A stretch of 64,000 bases of DNA. Origin: an uncultured Chloroflexia bacterium (lineage in GTDB: Bacteria > Chloroflexota > Limnocylindria > Limnocylindrales > CSP1-4). The stretch spans positions 1-64,000 of the forward strand of contig CAVVYR010000008.1 in the NCBI GenBank assembly GCA_963752475.1. The letters are read 5' to 3'. The notes beneath the pieces were generated by a model. That model saw nothing but the letters and a program-made list of their open reading frames with translations. It had not been told where the DNA came from and searched no databases. Within the stretch, counting starts at the first letter, position 1. Each line of letters opens with the position of its first letter. Shown here piece by piece: positions 57,107 to 64,000 of this stretch. Made by a program: the position numbers and the translations under genes.

Positions 57107-58114
57107 TCAGAGGGCCTCGGCCTTGGCCGCGCTGTGGACGGCCTCGATGCGGACGACGGCGAGGTCGTCCTCCTCGATACCCAGCTGCGAGTCGGTCAGT
57201 CGCTCGACGCCGCGCACCAGCGAGAGCGCGTCGAGGTCGTTCTCCTTCATGAGCGTGTGGCGGGTGGCGCCGTGCGAGTAGCGATCCTGGATGCCGATGC
57301 GCAACAGCCGCTTGCCGGTGCCGCTCTCGGCCATCAGTTCCGCCACGGCGGAGCCAAGGCCGCCCACGATGGTGTGGTTCTCCATCGTGATGACGCCCCG
57401 CTTGGCCTCCGCGATGGCCTCGGTCACCTGGGGATCGTCGAAGGGCTTGAGCGTGGAAACGTGGAGGTGGTTGATGGACACGCCCCGGTCACGCAGGACG
57501 CTGGTGGCGCGCATGGCCTCCTCGGTGCAGATGCCCGAGGAGAGGATGGTCAGGTCGGTGCCGTGCGAGAGTTGGCGAGCCTGGTTCAACTTGAAGGGTT
57601 CCGACTTGTCGAACAGGCGCGGCACCTCGCCCCGGAGCATGCGTACGTAGACCGGGCCGTTGACGGCCTGGATCTCGTCAAGACAGGTCTCGACGTCGGT
57701 GGCGTCGCCCATGTCGACCACGGTCATGTTGGGCGTGGCGCGCATGATGGCCACGTCCTCGATGGCCTGGTGTGAGGCACCGCCCGGCGAGATGATGCCG
57801 GGAAGGAAGCCGATGAGCCGCACGGGCAGGTTGGGATAGGCGATCGACATGGCCAATTGGTCGTAGGGCCGCCGATAGAGGAAGACCGCGAAGGTGTGCA
57901 GGTAGGGGAAGAACCCGCGCCGGGCCATGCCTGCGGCCCAGGCCATCATGTTCTGCTCGGCCAGGCCGAACGAGAAGAAGCGATCGGGGTAGGTCTGGCT
58001 CCAGACGCCGACCTCGCAGGAGTTGGTCAGGTCGGCCGAGAAGACGACGACCTTGGGCTTGTCCTCGGACCAGGCGAGGAAATTGCTGGCGTGCGGGCCG
58101 GTTACGACTTCCAC
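57107..58114 (-). CDS. Transketolase C-terminal subunit (split transketolase)
   Basis: SADL, GLAEQNM, TFAVF..RR.YDQ, GGASHQAIED, GPVYVR and ENH...GGLGSAVAE motifs. Confidence 0.92.
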   Translation of the reverse strand: MEVVTGPHASNFLAWSEDKPKVVVFSADLTNSCEVGVWSQTYPDRFFSFGLAEQNMMAWAAGMARRGFFPYLHTFAVFLYRRPYDQLAMSIAYPNLPVRLIGFLPGIISPGGASHQAIEDVAIMRATPNMTVVDMGDATDVETCLDEIQAVNGPVYVRMLRGEVPRLFDKSEPFKLNQARQLSHGTDLTILSSGICTEEAMRATSVLRDRGVSINHLHVSTLKPFDDPQVTEAIAEAKRGVITMENHTIVGGLGSAVAELMAESGTGKRLLRIGIQDRYSHGATRHTLMKENDLDALSLVRGVERLTDSQLGIEEDDLAVVRIEAVHSAAKAEAL

Positions 58115-59040
58115 TCGATCGTTCCCTTCAGTGATTCGTAGGCTTCCTCGTACTGGGCCTTCTCGTCTTCCGACTTGAAGCGCAGGTAGTGCAGCTTGGG
58201 CCGGCGCAGCTCGAGCAAGTTGATACAGCGGGTCGGGTCGGTCTTGGCCAGGACCACGAGCGGCTTGCCGTCGTCGGCAGGAGCACCGGCGGCCGCGAGG
58301 GCTTCGACATCGTGGCCGTCGACAGCGATCGCCCGCGCGCCGAACGACTCCAGCTTCTTCTCCAGCGCACCGAGTTCCATGGTCTCCTCGATGGGACCGT
58401 CACACTGCTGCTCGTTGACGTCGACGTAGATGCCTATGTTGTCGAGCTTGTAGAAGGCCATGGCCTCGAGGGCTTCCCAGACCTCCCCTTCCTGGAACTC
58501 GCCGTCACTCATGATCAGCCACACGCGGCCGCCCTCACCCAGCAGCTTGCGTGCCATGGCGAAGCCACCGGCCTGGCTGATGCCCTGGGCCAGCGAGCCG
58601 GTGGTGGTATCGACGCCGGGCGAGTGTTCATGGCCGATCATCTCTACGGAGCTGCCGTCGACGTTGAACTCCTGGAGCGCGTCGGGCGCGAGGCGGCCGA
58701 CCTCGATGAGCGTGGTGTAAAGCACCAGCGCGTAGTGCGCCGGCGAGAAGATGAGCTGATCCTTGTCCGGCCGGATGCCGCCGTTGTAGGCGCCACCGCG
58801 GAAGTAGTCGGGGTTGTCCGGCCCCGGTACGCCGTCGTACTTGGGCGGCTGCATGGGGGCAGTGCTAGGCCCGAGGTCCATGACGCGCATGTACATCGTG
58901 GCGAACATCTCGGCCGAGGAGCAGGCCTGGCTCAGGTAGCCGCCGTTGTTGCGGAGGACGTGCTCCAGGACGCGGAGGCGGATCCGTTGCGCCGTGTCCT
59001 TGACCTCATCGACCCACGTGTCCTGTTCAGCGATGGTCAT
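58102..59040 (-). CDS. Transketolase N-terminal (ThDP-binding) subunit, divergent
   Basis: GGYLSQACS, SPAHY, TTGSLAQG and SDGEFQEG...N motifs; start at MTIAEQ is uncertain. Confidence 0.88.
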   Translation of the reverse strand: MTIAEQDTWVDEVKDTAQRIRLRVLEHVLRNNGGYLSQACSSAEMFATMYMRVMDLGPSTAPMQPPKYDGVPGPDNPDYFRGGAYNGGIRPDKDQLIFSPAHYALVLYTTLIEVGRLAPDALQEFNVDGSSVEMIGHEHSPGVDTTTGSLAQGISQAGGFAMARKLLGEGGRVWLIMSDGEFQEGEVWEALEAMAFYKLDNIGIYVDVNEQQCDGPIEETMELGALEKKLESFGARAIAVDGHDVEALAAAGAPADDGKPLVVLAKTDPTRCINLLELRRPKLHYLRFKSEDEKAQYEEAYESLKGTIEWKS

Positions 59041-59117
59041 CTCGGGATCTTGTGCCTCCTCATCGGGCTCCATCTGGACGGTCGTCTTCGGGGCGTGGCG
59101 AACCACGCGTCACTAGC

Positions 59118-59148
59118 GTACATCAGTTCGTCAAGTGCACGATTGTTC
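59118..59148. promoter_or_regulatory. Tandem operator-like site 2 (GnAC-N4-GTnC twice)
   Basis: GTACATCAGTTC (59118-59129) and GCACGATTGTTC (59137-59148); 59136-59149 is the exact reverse complement of 48844-48857. Confidence 0.7.
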
Positions 59149-59221
59149 ACCCAACATCCAGCGTTGACGTGTGCCTTCGGAGCCGTGCATCGTGAAGGGC
59201 AACGGTAGCCAGAGGAGACCC

Positions 59222-61534
59222 GTGGAGCGAGAGCCGTCCGAGCACCCCCATTCGTCGCACTGGGGTGCCTTCCTGGCTCGCGTGGAGGATGGACGGGTCC
59301 GGGTCCGTCCCCATCCGGCCGATCCCGATCCCTCACCCCTGCTGGCCAATCTCGAGTCCGCCGCCGACAGCGAATCACGCGTGGCCAGGCCGGCCTTCCG
59401 GCGAGGATGGCTGGAGGACGGGCCGGGCGCCGACCGCCGCCGTGGCGCTGACGAGTTCGTGGAGCTGCCCTGGGACGAGGCGCTCGAGGTCACCGCCGCC
59501 GAACTCGAGCGGGTGTACGGAGAGCATGGCCCCGAAGCGGTCTATGGCGGTTCCTACGGCTGGAGCAGCGCCGGCCGGATGCACCATGCGCAAAGCCAGG
59601 TGCACCGCTTCCTCAACGTGCTCGGCGGCTACGTCCGCTCGGTCAATACCTACAGCGCGGGCGCCGCCGAGGTCATCCTCCCGCGCGTGCTCGCCTCGTA
59701 CCAGGACCTCGTCACCGATGGCGTGACCTGGGAGAGCGTGATCGATCACGGTCGCCTCGTCGTGGCCTTCGGCGGCATGCCCGAGCGAACGCGCTACGTG
59801 CACTCGGGCGGACCGTCGCGGCACCGCGGGGACTCGGCCCTGCGCGCGGCGCGTGAGCATGGCGTGGAGTTCGTGCTGCTGAGCCCACTGCACGACGATC
59901 TGCCAGGCCACCTCGAGCCCGACTGGATCGCGCCGCGTCCGGCCACCGACGTGGCGCTCATGCTCGGCCTGGCCCACACCCTCGCCAACGAGGGCATGCA
60001 CGACCGTGACTTCCTCGAGCGTTGGTGCGTGGGCTATCCCGTGTTCGAGCGCTACCTGTTCGGACTCGACGACGGGCAGCCCAAGAACGCCGCCTGGGCC
60101 GCGGGGATCTGCGACGTGTCGGCGGACGAGATCACCGGCCTCGCTCGGCGGATGGCAGCTGGGCCTACGCTCATCACCGTGGCCCACGGCCTGCAGCGAG
60201 CCGAGCATGGCGAGCAGCCAGTGTGGATGGCCATCGCGCTCGCGGCCATGCTCGGCGGTATCGGATCACCGGGAGCGGGCTTCGCCTACGCCCTCGGGAT
60301 CTTCGCCAACACCGGCCAGGCACAGGCAGCCGTGAAGATTCCGTCCTTCCCGCAAGGTCGGAACCCGATCGACCGGTTCATCCCGGTCGCCCGCATCGCG
60401 GACATGCTGCTCCGCCCGGGCGACGCCTTCGAGTACGACGGGCGCTCACTGACGTACCCCGACATCAAGCTCGTCTACTGGGCCGGCGGCAACCCCTTCC
60501 ACCACCACCAGGACCTCGGTCGGCTGCGACGTGCCTTCCGCCGGCCGGACACGGTGATCGTGCACGAGCCCTACTGGACGGCAACGGCCCGGCATGCGGA
60601 CATCGTGCTGCCGAGCACCGTCACACTCGAGCGAGAAGACATCGGCTCCTCGCGCAACGATCCCGGCGTCATGGCCATGCACCGGGTGCTCGAACCGTTC
60701 GGACAGGCCCGTGACGACTTCGCCATCTTCGGCGACCTCGCGCAGCGGCTCGGGTTCGGCCCGGCGTTCACCGAGGGTCGAGACGCGGAGGGCTGGCTGC
60801 GTCACATCTACGCCGGCCTGGCCGACGAGCTCGAGCGCGCCGGGGCGGAGGCCCCGTCCTTCGAGACCTTCTGGGAGCAGGGTCAGCTGGAGCTACCCAT
60901 GCGTGCGGAGACGGGCGCCTGGCTGCGCCGCTTCGGCGAGGACCCCGAGGCCCATCCCCTGGCCACGCCCAGTGGACGCATCGAGATCCACTCGGAGACC
61001 ATCGCGGGGTTCGGCTACGACGACTGCCCCGGCCATCCGATGTGGCTGCCGCCCGACGAGTGGCTCGGCGGCGAGCGTGCCGCGAGCCATCCCCTGCAAC
61101 TCATCGCCAACCAGCCCGCGGGCCGGCTCCACAGCCAGCTCGACTTCGGTCCCGCCAGCGCTAGGCACAAGCAGGACGGTCGCGAGATGGTTCGGCTGCA
61201 CCCGCATGACGCTCACGCGCGTCGGGTCGGCTCGGGCGACACGGTACGTCTAAGGAACGATCGCGGGGCCTGCCTGGCGGTCGCCGAACTGGACGAGGCG
61301 ATCTCGCGCGGCTGCATACGGCTACCGACTGGCGCCTGGTTCGATCCACTCGATGACTCCGATCGGCCGACCTGTCTCGCGGGCAATCCCAACGCCGTCA
61401 CGCGCGACTTGGGCACGTCCCGCTTGGCCCAGGGGTGCTCCGGGCAACTGAGCCTGGTCGAGGTCGAGCGCGTCGAGCAAGCACCTCCTCCTCGGGGCCA
61501 CGCCCCTCCCCCCCTGGAGCGCTACCGGGAATGA
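59222..61534 (+). CDS. BisC/TorA/DorA-family Mo-bisPGD S/N-oxide reductase, cytoplasmic (no Tat signal, no Fe-S)
   Basis: HSSHWG, GGSYGWSSAG, NTYS (Ser ligand), QRAEHGEQ, WAGGNPFHHHQD and RLHSQLD motifs. Confidence 0.9.
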   Translation: MEREPSEHPHSSHWGAFLARVEDGRVRVRPHPADPDPSPLLANLESAADSESRVARPAFRRGWLEDGPGADRRRGADEFVELPWDEALEVTAAELERVYGEHGPEAVYGGSYGWSSAGRMHHAQSQVHRFLNVLGGYVRSVNTYSAGAAEVILPRVLASYQDLVTDGVTWESVIDHGRLVVAFGGMPERTRYVHSGGPSRHRGDSALRAAREHGVEFVLLSPLHDDLPGHLEPDWIAPRPATDVALMLGLAHTLANEGMHDRDFLERWCVGYPVFERYLFGLDDGQPKNAAWAAGICDVSADEITGLARRMAAGPTLITVAHGLQRAEHGEQPVWMAIALAAMLGGIGSPGAGFAYALGIFANTGQAQAAVKIPSFPQGRNPIDRFIPVARIADMLLRPGDAFEYDGRSLTYPDIKLVYWAGGNPFHHHQDLGRLRRAFRRPDTVIVHEPYWTATARHADIVLPSTVTLEREDIGSSRNDPGVMAMHRVLEPFGQARDDFAIFGDLAQRLGFGPAFTEGRDAEGWLRHIYAGLADELERAGAEAPSFETFWEQGQLELPMRAETGAWLRRFGEDPEAHPLATPSGRIEIHSETIAGFGYDDCPGHPMWLPPDEWLGGERAASHPLQLIANQPAGRLHSQLDFGPASARHKQDGREMVRLHPHDAHARRVGSGDTVRLRNDRGACLAVAELDEAISRGCIRLPTGAWFDPLDDSDRPTCLAGNPNAVTRDLGTSRLAQGCSGQLSLVEVERVEQAPPPRGHAPPPLERYRE

Positions 61535-61580
61535 GGCAACGGCTTGCACAGGGACGCTCGAGGAGACTGGCTCAAGGGGC

Positions 61581-61652
61581 TTGACACGACCCCTGTGGTG
61601 GGGGCACACTGCGCCGGAGTTGGACATCGGTACGTTTGCTGAACATATGTAC
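61581..61652 (+). promoter_or_regulatory. Promoter-like TTGACA-N18-CACACT followed by tandem operator-like site 3
   Basis: TTGACA 61581-61586; GGACATCGGTAC (61622-61633) and GAACATATGTAC (61641-61652). Confidence 0.65.
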
Positions 61653-61815
61653 CCGAGAACCCGACGACACTGGCCAAGCGCTGCGGACCGCCGCTTGGAC
61701 TACGGGAGGAATCGAATCGCCGAGGGAAGCGGCGAAGAGGAGGAGCGACTGGGACGAGCGCTGAACCACCGAACGGATCGACTCGATCACCGCATCGCCT
61801 AGAGGAGAACCCACC

Positions 61816-62823
61816 ATGAACTTCCGACGCGGAATCACCGCCGTCGCGTCGCTGGCCATCGTCGCCAGCCTGGCCGCCACGCCGGCCCTCGCGCAGGACG
61901 ACACAGAGCAGGTCGGCGAGGTCGACACCGAAGGCCTGAGCCTCGACGGCACGACCATCGGCGTCGCCGTCATCGGGACCGACCACTACTGGGATCGCGC
62001 CGCCTTCAACGGCCTGACCGGCAAGCTCGAGGAGCTCGGTGCAGAGGTCGTATCCGTGGACGCCGGCCGTGACGATCAGAAGCACGTCGCCGGTCTCGAG
62101 AACCTGCTCGCGCAGGAGCCCGACGCCATCGTCAACATCCTCGGCACTGCCACCGTCATCGAGCCGGTGTTCGAGAAGATCGCCGAAGCGGGCATCCCGC
62201 TCCTCGCGGTGGACACGGCCTCCGAGTTCGCCATCAACAACACCACCTCCGACAACACCGCCCTCGGCACCGAGCTGGCCGATCAGCTGGTCGCCGACAT
62301 CGGCGAGGCCGGCAACGTGGCCGTCTTCAACGGCTTCTACGGCATCAACGTCTGCGCCCTGCGCTACGACGCGCTGGCCGCCGTACTCGACCAGTACCCC
62401 GATGTGGAGATCCTCCAGCCGGAGCTCCAGGACGTCATCCCCAACACCCAGGAGGACGCCCGCAAGAAGATCCAGGACCTGCTGCAGAAGTATCCCGAGG
62501 GTGAGATGAGCGCCGTCTGGGCCTGCTGGGACATCCCCGGCCTGGGCGCCAACCTCGCCATCGTCGACGCCGGCCGCCAGGGCGACGTCGGCTTCTACGG
62601 CGTCGACGGCGACCCCACGGTCCTCGAGGTCATGGCCCAGGAAGGCCAGGCCATCAGGGCCATCGCCAGCCAGCAGCCGGGCCTGATCGGTGAGATCAGT
62701 GCCATGAACGTGGCCAAGTACCTAGGTGGCGAGGAGCTCGCCAAGACGACCCTCGTGCCCGCCTTCCTGACCCTGCCTGACAACGTGGAAGAGGTCCGCG
62801 TGCAGCTCGGCCAGGTCGAGTAG
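61816..62823 (+). CDS. Sugar ABC transporter substrate-binding protein
   Basis: Signal peptide ending ALAQDD; periplasmic binding protein type I pattern (GIPLLAVD, SDN, YGVDG, QQP); AGAGGAG RBS. Confidence 0.88.
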   Translation: MNFRRGITAVASLAIVASLAATPALAQDDTEQVGEVDTEGLSLDGTTIGVAVIGTDHYWDRAAFNGLTGKLEELGAEVVSVDAGRDDQKHVAGLENLLAQEPDAIVNILGTATVIEPVFEKIAEAGIPLLAVDTASEFAINNTTSDNTALGTELADQLVADIGEAGNVAVFNGFYGINVCALRYDALAAVLDQYPDVEILQPELQDVIPNTQEDARKKIQDLLQKYPEGEMSAVWACWDIPGLGANLAIVDAGRQGDVGFYGVDGDPTVLEVMAQEGQAIRAIASQQPGLIGEISAMNVAKYLGGEELAKTTLVPAFLTLPDNVEEVRVQLGQVE

Positions 62824-62838
62824 CGACAAGTCCCAGGA

Positions 62839-62880
62839 GCCGTGCCGGTGGTCCTCCTCCTGCGTTCCGGCCGGCACGGC
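62839..62880 (+). terminator. Stem-loop after the binding-protein gene
   Basis: GCCGTGCCGG (62839-62848) pairs with CCGGCACGGC (62871-62880). Confidence 0.45.
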
Positions 62881-62902
62881 CCCACTATCACGAAGGTCTG
62901 AG

Positions 62903-64000
62903 ATGTCGACCGCTCCCGACGCACTCACGCTGCGCGGTATCAGCAAGTCGTTCCCGGGCGTACGCGCCCTCGATGATGTCGACTTCTCGGTCGCTGCAGG
63001 CGAGGTCCACGGTCTCGTCGGTGAGAACGGCGCGGGCAAGTCGACGCTCATCAAGATCATCGCCGGTGTGTACCAGCGCGATGCCGGCGAGATGCTGGTC
63101 CGCGGCAAGGCCTGCGGGAACCTCACTCCTCACCAGGTCGAGGAGCTGGGCATCCAGTTCATCCACCAGGAGCAGAACCTGGTTTCCGAGTTCACCGTGG
63201 CCCAGGCCGTGTTCATGGGCCAGGAGAAGAAGCTGGGCAAGTGGGTCCCGCTGGTCGACAACCGGCGCATGGAGCAGGAAGCCAGCGCCCTGATCAGCGA
63301 GATGCTAGGTGTCGACCTGCCGGGCAATCGCCTCGTGCGCGACCTCTCGGTGGCCGAGCGCCAGCTGGTTCAGATCGCGAAGGCCCTCCTGACCAAGCCC
63401 AGCGTGGTCGCCTTCGACGAGCCCACCGCTCCCCTCGCCCGTCGCGAGGTCGAGGCGCTCTTCCGCATGATCGACAAGCTGAGAGAGCAGGGCCTGGCCA
63501 TCATCTATATCTCGCACTACCTCCAGGAGATCACGCAGATATGTGATCGCGTGACGGTCTTGCGCAACGGCAAGCTGGCCGGGACGCTGCCGCTACCCGA
63601 GACCTCCATCGAGGACATCGTGACAACCATGGTCGGTCGCGAGATCGACGAGATGTACCCGCCGCGCAAGGTCGAGGTCGGCGCTCCCCGCCTCCATGTC
63701 GAGAACCTCACGCTCCACGGCGCCTTCGAGGACATCTCCATCGACGTCGGCCGAGGTGAGGTCATCGGCGTGACCGGCCTGCTTGGCTCGGGCATCCATC
63801 CCCTGGCCGAGACGCTCTACGGCCTGCGTCGGCCGGATTCGGGAACCATTCGGCTCGACGGGACCGAGCTGGGAGCGCTCACTGCCTCCAAGGCGGCCGA
63901 GCTTGGCTTTGGCATGGTGCCCAAGGATCGTCGCTGGGAAGGCGTGGTCGTATCCATGTCGGTAGCGGACAACGTCAACCTCTCGAGCCTTGAGAAGTCG
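62903..64000 (+). CDS. Sugar ABC transporter ATP-binding protein (RbsA-like, two domains); runs off the window end
   Basis: Read directly from ATG 62903: ISKSFPGVRALDDV, GENGAGKSTL, IHQE, LSVAERQLVQIAKAL, FDEPT, YISH and GLLGSG; absent from the ORF track, presumably because it has no stop in the window. Confidence 0.92.
   Translation, partial: MSTAPDALTLRGISKSFPGVRALDDVDFSVAAGEVHGLVGENGAGKSTLIKIIAGVYQRDAGEMLVRGKACGNLTPHQVEELGIQFIHQEQNLVSEFTVAQAVFMGQEKKLGKWVPLVDNRRMEQEASALISEMLGVDLPGNRLVRDLSVAERQLVQIAKALLTKPSVVAFDEPTAPLARREVEALFRMIDKLREQGLAIIYISHYLQEITQICDRVTVLRNGKLAGTLPLPETSIEDIVTTMVGREIDEMYPPRKVEVGAPRLHVENLTLHGAFEDISIDVGRGEVIGVTGLLGSGIHPLAETLYGLRRPDSGTIRLDGTELGALTASKAAELGFGMVPKDRRWEGVVVSMSVADNVNLSSLEKS

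Noticed and set aside
61535-61815. Riboswitch (e.g. Moco) in the long leader after the BisC-like gene, or upstream of fdsG
   Set aside because: I could not match any conserved aptamer by eye, and the promoter plus tandem operator explain this region; an Rfam/Infernal scan would be decisive.

Overview
A high-GC (about 70% by eye) bacterial chromosomal window with roughly 60 densely packed genes. I saw no rRNA, tRNA, CRISPR array, transposase or phage genes. Secreted proteins and sugar-binding proteins have cysteine-free 'A-Q-D' signal peptides, and many genes look leaderless; this fits a Chloroflexota-like organism (inference only). Content in order: a sugar/sugar-acid catabolic block (1-7 kb); an unusual two-gene lipid locus, with a thymidylate-kinase-like/diacylglycerol-kinase-like fusion next to an acyl-adenylate ligase-ACP-acyltransferase (8.8-13.3 kb); a sugar ABC transporter with a divergent RpiB (17.6-21.3 kb); PiT/DUF47; a collagen-like protein; an NAD-dependent formate dehydrogenase operon fdsGBA-fdhD-mobA (26-32 kb); mixed housekeeping and stress genes (yceI/marR, pepP, csbD, dps, a two-component pair). 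From 48.8 kb to the end lies an apparent SorC/DeoR-family regulon. Its three promoter regions carry the same tandem operator-like motif (GnAC-N4-GTnC twice, 19 bp apart). It links a divergent split transketolase, a Zn-dehydrogenase, two class II aldolases, a 2-hydroxyacid dehydrogenase and a sugar ABC transporter with two Tat-less molybdo-bisPGD S/N-oxide-reductase-family enzymes; this is the best candidate for an undescribed pathway. About a dozen single-base frameshifts in otherwise intact genes point to long-read assembly errors. All calls come from reading motifs by eye; no database searches were run.
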